Part shown: piece after piece, positions 10,292-19,837 of the stretch | Numbering within the stretch: the first letter of the stretch is position 1 | How the letters are laid out: every line of letters begins with the position of its first letter | Assembly: GCA_965198125.1 (NCBI GenBank) | Contig: CBDAOQ010000003.1 | Location: forward strand, 439,890 to 503,889 | Source of the DNA: Candidatus Versatilivorator sp. | Lineage (GTDB): Bacteria > Acidobacteriota > Terriglobia > Versatilivoradales > Versatilivoraceae | Length of the DNA stretch: 64,000 bases | Reading direction: 5' to 3' | Translations under genes and position numbers: made by a program | Notes under the pieces: generated by a model | Databases searched by the model: none | Seen by the model: only the letters and a program-made list of their open reading frames with translations | What the model was told of the DNA's origin: nothing

Positions 10292-11497
10292 ATGAACATC
10301 GACCGCAGAAAGTTTCTGAGTCAGTCTCTGGCAGCTTCCGCCGGCTTGGCAGGACTGCCTTCCCTGGCCGGCGGCCGCCCCTCCAAAGAGAGATATCGTG
10401 TCGGCATCATCGGTTGCGGCCGCATGGGACAGTACTTCGCCGAGGTCTATCGGGCGCTGCCCGACACCGAATTGGTCGCCATTGCCGAGTGGAATCCGGA
10501 ACGGCGCAAGGTTGTGGGAGAACGCTTCGGAGTCAAGGCGCTCTTTAAGGATGTCAACGCCATGCTGAAGGAAGTCGTTCCCGACCTGGCGGCGATCATC
10601 ACGCCCAGCAAGTATATGAAGGAAGCCGTCATCGCCTGTGCCGAAGCCGGGGTCAAGGGTGTTTCCACCGACAAACCCGTGGCCGCCAGGCTGGCTGATG
10701 CCGACGCCATGGTCGAAGCCTGTCGGAAACGGGGAGTCGTTTTTGCAGGCGGCAATCTGCAGCGCGCCATGCCCGAGGTTCAGGAAGCCGGCCAACGCTT
10801 GAACGCGGGTCGATACGGCCAGCCCCTGGGAATGGCCGTGCACGGATTCGGCGGCGAGATCTCCGGCGGCGGTTGTCAGCACATTTCCGTGCTGCGCCTG
10901 TTTGCCGGCGCCGAGGTCGAAGAGGTCATGGCATGGGCCGGGCCTGCGGAGGCCCTCGAGCAGAAAGACGACAAGGGCCTCAACGTCAATGCCCTGTTCC
11001 GAATGAGCCGCGGGCCCGATGTTCAGGTTTTCGGCCTCACCCAACCCTACGGGACCCGGCAGCTCAGCGGGGTGGACGTGTGGAGTGAGGACACCCTGGT
11101 CCGCTGGAAGTGGTCGAAGCCCGAAATCTATCAGGGGACCGGCGGCGGCGGTTCCCGGCGTCTCGTTGACGCAGAGTATCGCCCCTTCTCCTGGCGCCGC
11201 ATCCTGGATGAGGTTCCCGGTCTGCGAAAGAATGACAACTACCTGGTGGCCTCCATCCGTTCCTTTGTGGATGCCGTCGGAAGCGGGAGCGAACTGTGGA
11301 TCTCGGGCCATGACCTCAGGCAGGCTCTCGAGGTGGCCATTGCCTGCAAGGTATCGGCTCTGCAAGGCAATCGTCCCGTCAAGCTCCCTCTGAAGGACCG
11401 ATCCCTGGCGTTGTATCCGAGGCCCTACCGCTGGCTGGGGGGAGACGCCACCGAAAACCCGCAATCGCTTGAAGACGCGGCAGGGGACCCCCTGTGA
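10292..11497 (+). CDS. Gfo/Idh/MocA-family NAD(P)-dependent oxidoreductase with twin-arginine signal peptide
   Basis: MNIDRRKFLSQSLAASAGLAG Tat motif, then the Rossmann segment YRVGIIGCGRMGQYFAEVY. First gene of a co-directional cluster. Confidence 0.8.
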   Translation: MNIDRRKFLSQSLAASAGLAGLPSLAGGRPSKERYRVGIIGCGRMGQYFAEVYRALPDTELVAIAEWNPERRKVVGERFGVKALFKDVNAMLKEVVPDLAAIITPSKYMKEAVIACAEAGVKGVSTDKPVAARLADADAMVEACRKRGVVFAGGNLQRAMPEVQEAGQRLNAGRYGQPLGMAVHGFGGEISGGGCQHISVLRLFAGAEVEEVMAWAGPAEALEQKDDKGLNVNALFRMSRGPDVQVFGLTQPYGTRQLSGVDVWSEDTLVRWKWSKPEIYQGTGGGGSRRLVDAEYRPFSWRRILDEVPGLRKNDNYLVASIRSFVDAVGSGSELWISGHDLRQALEVAIACKVSALQGNRPVKLPLKDRSLALYPRPYRWLGGDATENPQSLEDAAGDPL

Positions 11498-13068
11498 AAC
11501 CTTCTCTGAATCGCCGACAATTCCTGGGCGGAGCCGCCCTGGCGGCCCCCGGCCTGCTGGCCCCCAGCGGGACCGCGGCGGCGGCGCGGCCGCAATCCAC
11601 ACCAAAGCGGGCATCCAGGCCGCGCCGCACCATGTATTTCAATGACGCCCGCCACTACTACCTCTACGCCTTCGAGCCGCCCATGACCATGGAGGACGCC
11701 TGGCGCCCGGTGGACGAACTGGTGGAGACTTCGGTCGACACCCTGATCTACGGCGTGGAAACCGGGGGCGGACTGTTCAGCCACACCAAGGTGGGCGTGC
11801 GGGCCATGTCGCAGACGCGCCCCATCGACAGCGCCCATTACTGGCGGGCCTGGTACAACATGCAGAGCCTGATCGACCGGGGGCTGGACCCCTTGCAGGT
11901 GCTGATCGACCGGGCCCACCAGCGCCAATTGGACTTCATCATCAGCATGCGCATGGGCGGCGCACCCAGGGACCCTCGCTATGTCATCGGCACATCCGGA
12001 CCGGCCGCCGGAGGCGGAGGCCGCCTGGAGAACAATATGGACTTCGCCCATCCCTGGGTCCGGGACACTCAGTTCTCCTGGATGGAAGAACTGGCAAGCT
12101 ACCCGGCCGAAGGCATCGAATTCGATTTCGCCTTCACTCCCTACTATTTCAAGCCGAGCGAGGTCGAACGGCACACACCCCTGATGACTGCCTACGTGCG
12201 CCGGCTGTCGGAGATGATTCGAAGCAAGGGCCAGAACCGGATCGTGGGCGCCCGGGTCTTTCCGACCGAGGCCATGAATCGATCTCTGGGCCTGGACGTA
12301 AAGACCTGGGTTGAAGAGAAACTGGTCGACTACCTGGCGCCTCTCTACTACGGATACTTCCTGCTGGATCCCAATCTGCCTTTCGAGTCGCTGGTCGAAT
12401 TGGCCCGGCCGGCCGGAGCCGAGGTCTTCCCTGTCCTGCAGCCTTACTTCATGCAACACGAGAAGCATGCCAGCTCGGCCATGCTGCGGGCGGCCATCGC
12501 CAACTATTGGGCCAAGGGGGCGGACGGCCTGATTGTGGCTCCCTGGTTCACCTGGCCCTTCCGGGAGGAGGAACGGGCGCTGCTGACCGACATCGGCGAC
12601 CCCGAGGCCGTCAAGGAACGCACCAAGCACCACTTTGTCTCCCCACGGCAGGAGGATGCCGCCGCCCTGGGTTACGATCACCCGCTTCCCCTGCAGTTGG
12701 AGGGCAAGAGCCCCCTGAGTTCATCCGTTCCCTTTTATATCGCGGACGACTGCCGGTCGGACCGGGTGGCGCGAACGAGGCTGCTGTTGCGAGTGCGGAA
12801 CCTGGTGACCGCCGACAACCTGGAGTTGAGCCTCAACGGGAGTTCGCTGGCTGGGGAGCCCATGCGGCGCACCAGCCACCGCTACGACTTCCAATGGCTG
12901 GAGTACACCCTGAGCAAGGTGCTTCCCCGCCCCGGAGAGAACGTGCTGTCTGCCCGTCTGGCCTCGCGGCCGGAGGGACTGGGCGGAGGGGTCACCATTG
13001 ACCAGATGGAGGTGCTGGTCGAATACGCCGGCCCCCAGTCCATATCCGACCGACCCGATGTGTTGTAG
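11494..13068 (+). CDS. Tat-signal TIM-barrel glycoside-hydrolase-like protein, paralog 1 (family unassigned)
   Basis: RRQFLGGAALAAPG Tat motif. Conserved paralog motifs include DGIEFDFAFTPYYF (candidate catalytic Glu). The GTG start overlaps the upstream stop by 4 bp. Confidence 0.7.
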   Translation: MKPSLNRRQFLGGAALAAPGLLAPSGTAAAARPQSTPKRASRPRRTMYFNDARHYYLYAFEPPMTMEDAWRPVDELVETSVDTLIYGVETGGGLFSHTKVGVRAMSQTRPIDSAHYWRAWYNMQSLIDRGLDPLQVLIDRAHQRQLDFIISMRMGGAPRDPRYVIGTSGPAAGGGGRLENNMDFAHPWVRDTQFSWMEELASYPAEGIEFDFAFTPYYFKPSEVERHTPLMTAYVRRLSEMIRSKGQNRIVGARVFPTEAMNRSLGLDVKTWVEEKLVDYLAPLYYGYFLLDPNLPFESLVELARPAGAEVFPVLQPYFMQHEKHASSAMLRAAIANYWAKGADGLIVAPWFTWPFREEERALLTDIGDPEAVKERTKHHFVSPRQEDAAALGYDHPLPLQLEGKSPLSSSVPFYIADDCRSDRVARTRLLLRVRNLVTADNLELSLNGSSLAGEPMRRTSHRYDFQWLEYTLSKVLPRPGENVLSARLASRPEGLGGGVTIDQMEVLVEYAGPQSISDRPDVL

Positions 13069-13069
13069 A

Positions 13070-13105
13070 GGGACAGGATGCGGGCGGGACGCCCGCGCTC
13101 CCAGG
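13070..13105. repeat. Solo terminal repeat of MITE family A
   Basis: GGACAGGATGCGGGCGGGACGCCCGCGCTCCCAGG immediately after the stop of paralog 1. No second TIR nearby. Confidence 0.6.
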
Positions 13106-13204
13106 TGATCCCGTCCCGCCGGTTCCAGCGGATCCGCATGCAGTCGTTGGGACGTGAATAGCTGCACGACGAATCTTGCAAAAGGCTCAAAGGAGTGAAT
13201 CACA

Positions 13205-14905
13205 ATGCGACGACGAAACTTCCTCTCAAGAACCCTTGCCGGCGCCGCCTCCCTGGGGCTTTTGGGCGCCAATAAGGCGGCGGCCGGGCCGGCCCCCCAG
13301 CCGGCAACCGCCGGCTCATCCGGCCGAAAGCCCACCATGATGTTCTACCACGACGGGCGTCACCCCCTCATCTACATGTACGAACCTCCCATGCGGAAGG
13401 AAGAGTACGAGACGGCCGTCGACGAGCTGCTGGGAACCCCCATCGAAGCCATCATGTTCACCATGGGAGACGGACGGACGGTGCTGCACGACACCCGGGT
13501 GGGCGAGCTGTGGGGACACAACGTCAAGAAGTGGCCGCACCTGATCTTCCGGCGGGCCCACCAGAACGCCCGGGCGCTCATCGATGCCGGACACGATCCG
13601 CTGAGCGTCGTTTGCGAACGGGCCAGGGCAAAGGGAATGCTGATCTACCCGGTCCTGCTGGTTCAGCAAGGCAGCGGCAAGCGGGGAGAGGACACTCGAG
13701 GCTCGGATTTTCGATTCGATAACACTCATCTGGAGATAGGGGCCGGCGGCGGGGTCGATCCCGAGTTCCCGGGCATCCACGGCCTGGACTTCAAGCACGA
13801 AGACGTGCGCAACGAGCGGTTCGCCCTGGTGGAGGAAACCGTGAACCGCTATCCGGTGGACGGCTTCGAGCTTCAGCTCGACTACATGCCCTACTATTTC
13901 CGGCCGGACGAAGTGGACGCGGGGCGCCCCATCATGACCGAGTGGATCGCCCGGGTCCATCGCGCCGTCAAGCAGAGCGGCGCCCAGCGGGAGCTGGCCA
14001 TCCGCATTCCCACCAGCCTCGAGGGTTGCCATTCGGTGGGGCTCGACGTCCGCGAATGGATCCGTCAGGGCATCGTGGACGTGCTCATCGGCCAGAACTT
14101 CTCGGGTCCCGAGCTGGTGGACCAGAACGCCGACTTCCGGCCCCTGGTGGCAGCCGCCAAGGGGGCGCCGTGCCGGGTCCACGCGGCCATCCACAGCCAT
14201 ATCGACTCCGATCGGCTGGGCGAGGCCACCGTCAAGATGATTCGGGCCGCGGCCTGCAACTACTGGGACCAGGGCGTCGACGGGCTCTACCTGGCCCATT
14301 GGTTCAGCAACTGGCCCTACGAGGGAGATTTCTACGAGAAACTGCGCGAGCTCCCCTATCCCGAGGTGATGGCCCCCAAGGACAAGACCTACTTCGTGAC
14401 CACCATGACCGGCCGTTACCCCAGGCCTTCCACCGAGCCCGGGCTCGCCATGCAGTTGCCGGCCGACTTGAAGGTCAACCAGCCGGTCAAGGTGGAGATG
14501 TCGGTCAGCGACGATCTGCTCCGCTGGCACAAGGACGGCCGGGTCCATGAAGTCCTCTTGCGGGCCAGAATGATCAATTCGACCGAGCTGGACCGGTTCA
14601 GCGTCCGCCTGAACGGCAAGGCCCTTCCCGAATCCGGCTTGCGCAAGATCAATCAGCTCTACCGCATGGTGGCGCCGCGCTACCGGGTCAACAACTGCTA
14701 CTGGCACATCTACCGGCTGGACCGCAGCCATTGGCCGCGCAAGGGGAGCAACACCGTGGAAATCACCCTGACCCGGCGGGACCCCGACATCACTCCCCAG
14801 ATCTTCCTGAGAGACCTGGAGCTGGACATCAAGTACCTGATGGGCAAGAACTTTCACCGAGGACAGGACCCGGACCTGGGTGAAGTCCAGTCCCTGACCG
14901 ACTGA
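13205..14905 (+). CDS. Tat-signal TIM-barrel glycoside-hydrolase-like protein, paralog 2
   Basis: MRRRNFLSRTLAGAAS Tat motif. Motifs FYHDGRHPLIYMYEPPM, DGFELQLDYMPYYF and VDGLYLAHWFSNWPY are shared with paralog 3 (about 75% identical by eye). Confidence 0.75.
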   Translation: MRRRNFLSRTLAGAASLGLLGANKAAAGPAPQPATAGSSGRKPTMMFYHDGRHPLIYMYEPPMRKEEYETAVDELLGTPIEAIMFTMGDGRTVLHDTRVGELWGHNVKKWPHLIFRRAHQNARALIDAGHDPLSVVCERARAKGMLIYPVLLVQQGSGKRGEDTRGSDFRFDNTHLEIGAGGGVDPEFPGIHGLDFKHEDVRNERFALVEETVNRYPVDGFELQLDYMPYYFRPDEVDAGRPIMTEWIARVHRAVKQSGAQRELAIRIPTSLEGCHSVGLDVREWIRQGIVDVLIGQNFSGPELVDQNADFRPLVAAAKGAPCRVHAAIHSHIDSDRLGEATVKMIRAAACNYWDQGVDGLYLAHWFSNWPYEGDFYEKLRELPYPEVMAPKDKTYFVTTMTGRYPRPSTEPGLAMQLPADLKVNQPVKVEMSVSDDLLRWHKDGRVHEVLLRARMINSTELDRFSVRLNGKALPESGLRKINQLYRMVAPRYRVNNCYWHIYRLDRSHWPRKGSNTVEITLTRRDPDITPQIFLRDLELDIKYLMGKNFHRGQDPDLGEVQSLTD

Positions 14906-14954
14906 GGCCCCCAATTCCCTCGAGTCCTGATACCCCGGGGTGGTGAAGCAAACT

Positions 14955-16649
14955 ATGAAACGGCGCCGCTTCTTCCAGACTGCCGCGACGGCCGCCCTCG
15001 CCGGTGGGTTGCGCCCTGCTTCCTTGCAAGCGCGGCAGGCGGGAGCCTCCCCTTCGGCTGCCGGCGGGGCAGCCCGCAAGCCCCGCATCATGTTCTACCA
15101 CGACGGCCGTCATCCCCTGATCTACATGTACGAGCCCCCCATGCAAAAGGAGGAGTTTCATTCGGCCGTGGACGAGTTGCTGGGGACCCCGGTGGAAGCC
15201 CTGATGTTCACCATGGGCGACGGCCGCACGGTGTTGCACGACACCCGGGTGGGCGAGCTCTGGGGAGACCACCTCAGGAACAAGAAGTGGCCCCACCTCA
15301 TCTTCCGCCGCGCCTACCAGAACGCCAAGGGCCTGATCCAGGCCGGCCAGGACCCGCTCCGTGTCGTCTTTGACCGGGCCCACCGGCGGGGGATGCTGGT
15401 CTACCCGGTGCTGCTGGTTCAGCAGGGAACCGGAAAGCGCGGGGAGGACACCCGCGCCTCGGAGTTCCGCCTCAACCACCGCCACCTGGAAATCGGCGCC
15501 GGGGGCGGAGTGGATCCGGCCTTCCCCGGTTTCCACGGCCTGGACTTCAAGCACGAGGCGGTGCGCCGGGAGCGGTTCGCCCTGATCGAAGAAACGATCC
15601 GGCGCTACCCGGTGGACGGCTTCGAGCTGCAGCTCAACTACATGCCCTACTACTTCCGGCCCGACGAGGTCGAGCCCGGACGCCGGATCATGACCGAGTG
15701 GATCCGTCGGGTTTACCGGGCGGTGAAGCGAAGCGGGGATGGGCGGGAACTGGTTCTGCGAGTACCGGCCAGCCTGGAGCAGTGTGAATCGGTGGGGCTG
15801 GACATCCGGGAATGGCTGCGGCAAGGCATGGTGGACGTGCTTATCCCGCAGGGGCCCGGCCGCTTCGATCAGATGCTGGACCTGGGGCCGATGGTGTCGG
15901 CGGCGCGAGGGTCCGGCTGCCGCATTCACGGCTACCTTCCCAGCACCGTGGATTCCGACCGCCTGATGGAGTCCACCCTCCCCATCACCCGGGCAGGCGC
16001 CTGCAATCTGTGGGACCAGGGGGTGGACGGGCTCTACGTGGCCCAGTGGTTCAGCACCTGGCCTTACGGGAGCTCCTTCTACGAGAGGTTGCGGGAGCTG
16101 CCCCATCCCGAAGTCATGGCTCCCCGGGACAAGCACTATTTCCTGCAGACGACAACGGGACGCTACCCCGACCGGGCCGGGCGGCAGCTTCCGGCGGAAC
16201 TGGAAGTCAACACGCCGGTGAGCCTGGAATTCAAGATCAGCGACGAACTGCCGCGTTGGGCCAAAACGGGGAGAGTTCACCAGGTCCTCTTGCGGATCCG
16301 GCTGTCCAATACCACCGAGCTGGACCGCATCGCCTTCCGGCTGAACGGAAAGCCCCTCCCCGATTCGAGGTTGCGCAAGATCAACGAAATGTTTAAGCTC
16401 AAGATTCCGCGCTTCTTCCAGTTCGGTTACTGGTACGTTTACAAGCTGGACCCGGACCACTGGCCAATCAGGGGCCTTAACCGCCTGGAGGTGGAACTGA
16501 AGCACCGGGACCCGGAGGTCACGCCTCGGATCGCCGTCAGCAACCTGGAGTTGAAGATCGAATACCTGCTGGGAAAGCACATGCGGCGGGACTCGGAGAC
16601 GGACCTGGGGGCTCGGGAGAGCCGCAACGACAGACATGGAAACGCATGA
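14955..16649 (+). CDS. Tat-signal TIM-barrel glycoside-hydrolase-like protein, paralog 3
   Basis: MKRRRFFQTAATAALAGG Tat motif. Near-duplicate of paralog 2 (same motifs). Confidence 0.75.
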   Translation: MKRRRFFQTAATAALAGGLRPASLQARQAGASPSAAGGAARKPRIMFYHDGRHPLIYMYEPPMQKEEFHSAVDELLGTPVEALMFTMGDGRTVLHDTRVGELWGDHLRNKKWPHLIFRRAYQNAKGLIQAGQDPLRVVFDRAHRRGMLVYPVLLVQQGTGKRGEDTRASEFRLNHRHLEIGAGGGVDPAFPGFHGLDFKHEAVRRERFALIEETIRRYPVDGFELQLNYMPYYFRPDEVEPGRRIMTEWIRRVYRAVKRSGDGRELVLRVPASLEQCESVGLDIREWLRQGMVDVLIPQGPGRFDQMLDLGPMVSAARGSGCRIHGYLPSTVDSDRLMESTLPITRAGACNLWDQGVDGLYVAQWFSTWPYGSSFYERLRELPHPEVMAPRDKHYFLQTTTGRYPDRAGRQLPAELEVNTPVSLEFKISDELPRWAKTGRVHQVLLRIRLSNTTELDRIAFRLNGKPLPDSRLRKINEMFKLKIPRFFQFGYWYVYKLDPDHWPIRGLNRLEVELKHRDPEVTPRIAVSNLELKIEYLLGKHMRRDSETDLGARESRNDRHGNA

Positions 16650-17443
16650 ATCGACGTCACTTCTTACAGGGAGCAGGAATTCTCTTGACGGGCGGTAGCA
16701 GTCTCGACCGGGAAGCTCAGGCTTCCTCCCAAAACGAACGCAGAATCCTGATCACCAGCGGTGAGACGGAGTTGGCCCAGGTCATTGCCGACCACCTCAG
16801 CCGCGACCGCGATGTCCGGCTCACCGGTCTGACGGCTGTCCCGAGCCGTTTCCCCTTCACTGCTTGCCAACTGGATCACGACTCGGCCACCGACGAGCTG
16901 GTGCGGGGCGTGGAGGCCATCGTCCACGTGGCCGAGCCGCCTTCAGGCGCCGGCGAGCGGGAGCAGATCGACCACCTGACCCGCAGGACCTACAACCTGG
17001 CCAGAGCCGCCGTGGACGCCGGGGTCGACCGGCTGCTCTTTCTCAGCACGCTGGAGCTGATGACGGGCTACGACGAGGACTTCCTGGTCAGCGAACGCTG
17101 GCGGCCGCTTCCAACGACCCGGCCGTCCGTACTGGCCAAGCACCTGGGCGAGTACACCTGCCGGGAGTTCGCCCGGGAACAAAAGCTGCAGGTGATGGTT
17201 CTTCGACTCGGCAAGGTGGTCAAGGCCGCGGCCGTCAGGGGGCAGGCCGCCGATCCCCTGTGGGTGGAGGAACGGGAGGCGGCCCAGGCAGTCGCCGGCG
17301 CCCTGGATGCCAAGCTTTCCGACCACGCCCAGGGAGTGGGCCGCTGGAGAATCTTCAACGTGCAGTCGGAGTTCCCCGGGTCGCGCTTTCCGGTCGCGAA
17401 CGCCAAGGGGGCTCTGGGCTATCGGCCCTGGTTCAAGCCCTGA
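16646..17443 (+). CDS. NAD(P)-binding Rossmann-fold protein (atypical SDR / epimerase-like) with Tat signal
   Basis: MNRRHFLQGAGILLTGGSS Tat motif. The ATG overlaps the upstream stop (ATGA), suggesting translational coupling. ILITSGETELAQVIADHL is a nucleotide-binding-like segment. Confidence 0.6.
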   Translation: MNRRHFLQGAGILLTGGSSLDREAQASSQNERRILITSGETELAQVIADHLSRDRDVRLTGLTAVPSRFPFTACQLDHDSATDELVRGVEAIVHVAEPPSGAGEREQIDHLTRRTYNLARAAVDAGVDRLLFLSTLELMTGYDEDFLVSERWRPLPTTRPSVLAKHLGEYTCREFAREQKLQVMVLRLGKVVKAAAVRGQAADPLWVEEREAAQAVAGALDAKLSDHAQGVGRWRIFNVQSEFPGSRFPVANAKGALGYRPWFKP

Positions 17444-17608
17444 GGAGCAGACTTGGCCGGCGGAGCGGTTCCCACGGGGGCGCGCTGAAGTTGCGGGCGC
17501 ATCGAGGACGGAAATGGTTCCGTCCGGATCGTGGGACTCAACCGACGCGATAGCCAAATTGAAGGATCCCGATCCCAACGGACCCGGAGGCCAGTACAAG
17601 GTAAATCC

Positions 17609-18337
17609 ATGAAAGTGCTCATCATCGGCGCCACCGGCTATCTGGGGCCTCACGTGGTCAAGGCTCTGGAGGACCACCACCAACTCCTGCTCACCGACAT
17701 CAAGCCACCCAAGGAGGACACGCCCCATCCCTTCCAACGGGTGGACGTCAGCTCCATGGAGCAGGTCCAGCGGGCCGCCGAGGGCATGGACGCCATCCTC
17801 AACCTTTCGGTGCTGCGGGAGCACCGGCGGATCGCCTTCGACGTGAACTCCCTGGGCTGCTACAACATCATGCGGGCAGCCGTGGACCAGGGGATTCGCC
17901 GGGTCATCAACACCGGGCCCCACTTCACCATCACGGGTCCGCTCTACGAGGGTATCGACCACGGCATCACTCCGGACGTCCCGCCCCACCCCAGCACCAT
18001 CCTCTACGCCTTGACCAAGTCCCTGGGCCAGGAGATCTGCCGGGTGTTCAGCCAGCACCACGACGTCTACGTGCTGGACTACCTGTTCTACAACTTTCGC
18101 GATCCCAAGCAGGTGAAGCGGGGCTCGGGAGGAGTGCCCTTCATCGTCTCCTGGGAAGACGCCGGAGAAGCCTTCCGCCTCGGTCTTGAGATCGAACTGG
18201 ACCGGCTGCCCTCCCGCTGCGAAATCTTCTTCATCTCCGGGGACATGCCCCAAGGGAAGTTCCTCAACGAAAAGACCAGGCGCCTGCTGGGTTTCAAGCC
18301 CAAGGACGACCTGGCCTTCCTTTGGCGACGCCCCTGA
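17609..18337 (+). CDS. NAD-dependent epimerase/dehydratase-family protein
   Basis: MKVLIIGATGYLGPHVVKAL is a classic GxxGxxG Rossmann N-terminus. …ILYALTKSLGQEI contains the YxxxK-type catalytic region. Confidence 0.75.
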   Translation: MKVLIIGATGYLGPHVVKALEDHHQLLLTDIKPPKEDTPHPFQRVDVSSMEQVQRAAEGMDAILNLSVLREHRRIAFDVNSLGCYNIMRAAVDQGIRRVINTGPHFTITGPLYEGIDHGITPDVPPHPSTILYALTKSLGQEICRVFSQHHDVYVLDYLFYNFRDPKQVKRGSGGVPFIVSWEDAGEAFRLGLEIELDRLPSRCEIFFISGDMPQGKFLNEKTRRLLGFKPKDDLAFLWRRP

Positions 18338-18419
18338 CCGCGTTTCGATTGGAATCCATTGAAGCGCCCACGAGGTCGCGGCTCTTGCTCCGCCGGCCTG
18401 CGGGTTAACGGATAATGCC

Positions 18420-19799
18420 ATGATCCATCGCCGTCGTTTATTGAAGACCGCCGCCCTGGGAGCGGGGCTGGCTCCTTTTTCTCTTTCCCTGCTGGCCGAA
18501 GCTCGGGGAAGGATGAAAATCGTCGAGATCGAGGAGCACGAAGTGGTTGCTCCCTATCACGACTACAACGCCGAGGCGCTCTTTCGGTATCACGGACTCT
18601 CCTTGCAGAGACGTGTCATCTACGTGGTCAAGACCGACCTGGGACTGGAGGGTTACGGAGAGAGCGGCGGTCCGCTGCGGAAGGGACGGTACAAGGACTA
18701 CCTGGGCACCGATCCGTTCGACTGGATGGCCGACACCCGGAACCTGCCCATGAACATGGCCGTCTACGACCTCATGGGGAAATTTCTGGGTCTGCCCGCC
18801 TGGAAGCTGCTGGGACCCAAGGTGCGCTCCTGGATACCGGTGGCGGCCTGGACCGTCTCCCGGCCCCCGGAAGAAATGGCGGAGGAAGTGCTTGACGTAT
18901 CCCGGCGGGGCTACCACTGGCTCAAATACCACGTGGATGTGCTGCAGAACGCCATCGATCAGACCGAGGCCATGCAGAAGGTCGCTCCCGCCGGATTCAA
19001 GATTCACTATGACTTCAACGAGGACTCCAATTTCGAAGCGGTCTACCCGGTGTTGCGGGAACTGGAAAAATTTCCCGTCGCCGGACGGATCGAGGATCCC
19101 ATCCGTTCCGAAGATCGCGACGGCTATCGTCTGCTGCGGGAGAAGTGCTCCATCCCCATCCTCATTCACCACGGCCCCCACGACGTCTTCATGAGACACG
19201 GCCTCTGCGACGGGTTCATGGGTGGACATGCCCCGGTGGGCCACGCCATGAAGCTGTCGGCCATGGCGGAGTCGACCAATACGCCTTTCATGCTCCAGCA
19301 GACGGGCGGCATCATCAACCAGGCCTTCCTGGCCCATGAAGTGGCCGTGTTTCCCATGGCCGTCCTGGACCACGTCAACGGGTGCCATCTCTGGAAGGAG
19401 CAGGTGACGCGCGAGGACATGCCCGTAGTGGGGGGAAGCGTCGCGCTCCCGGAAGGACCCGGGCTGGGGATCAGCCTTGACCGGGAGAAACTGAAGCGCC
19501 TGGCGGAAGCCCCGCGGCCCAAACAAACCCGTTTCCTGGTGCGTGTCCGCTATGAAGACGGCCTCAGCATCTACTTCCGGTTCGATCCCGATCTTCCCGG
19601 CGCCAACGTGAGATTCCTCAATCCCCCCGGATTCGGGCAACGATACACGGGCTACGGACCGGATGTCCCTGGACCGGTTCCGGGTTATGCCAATCCGGTG
19701 GTCAGCGACTTCTGGGACGAAACCGGCTCCGCGGAATTCGAGGCCATGTGGGAACGCACGGCCGAAGGCCCGGTCTGGGAGCAATCGGGCAAGCCCTGA
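18420..19799 (+). CDS. Enolase-superfamily (mandelate racemase / muconate lactonizing enzyme-like) protein with Tat-type N-terminal extension, paralog 1
   Basis: MIHRRRLLKTAALGAGLAPF Tat-like leader. MR/MLE barrel motifs follow (KIHYDFNEDSNFEAV; AGRIEDPI; LIHHG). An internal Met (MKIVEIEEHE) offers an alternative cytoplasmic start. Confidence 0.75.
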   Translation: MIHRRRLLKTAALGAGLAPFSLSLLAEARGRMKIVEIEEHEVVAPYHDYNAEALFRYHGLSLQRRVIYVVKTDLGLEGYGESGGPLRKGRYKDYLGTDPFDWMADTRNLPMNMAVYDLMGKFLGLPAWKLLGPKVRSWIPVAAWTVSRPPEEMAEEVLDVSRRGYHWLKYHVDVLQNAIDQTEAMQKVAPAGFKIHYDFNEDSNFEAVYPVLRELEKFPVAGRIEDPIRSEDRDGYRLLREKCSIPILIHHGPHDVFMRHGLCDGFMGGHAPVGHAMKLSAMAESTNTPFMLQQTGGIINQAFLAHEVAVFPMAVLDHVNGCHLWKEQVTREDMPVVGGSVALPEGPGLGISLDREKLKRLAEAPRPKQTRFLVRVRYEDGLSIYFRFDPDLPGANVRFLNPPGFGQRYTGYGPDVPGPVPGYANPVVSDFWDETGSAEFEAMWERTAEGPVWEQSGKP

Positions 19800-19837
19800 C
19801 CGATGCGGCCAGAGGATTCAATTCAAGAGGAGATGCC

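Noticed and set aside
10184-16637. Very long antisense ORFs (476, 418, 591 and 602 aa) on the minus strand, overlapping the Gfo/Idh/MocA gene and GH-like paralogs 1-3
   Set aside because: Their translations are Gly/Pro/Arg/Ala-rich with no recognisable motifs, as expected for stop-poor antisense frames in ~65% GC DNA. The sense-strand genes have clear family motifs, Tat leaders and operon-like spacing.
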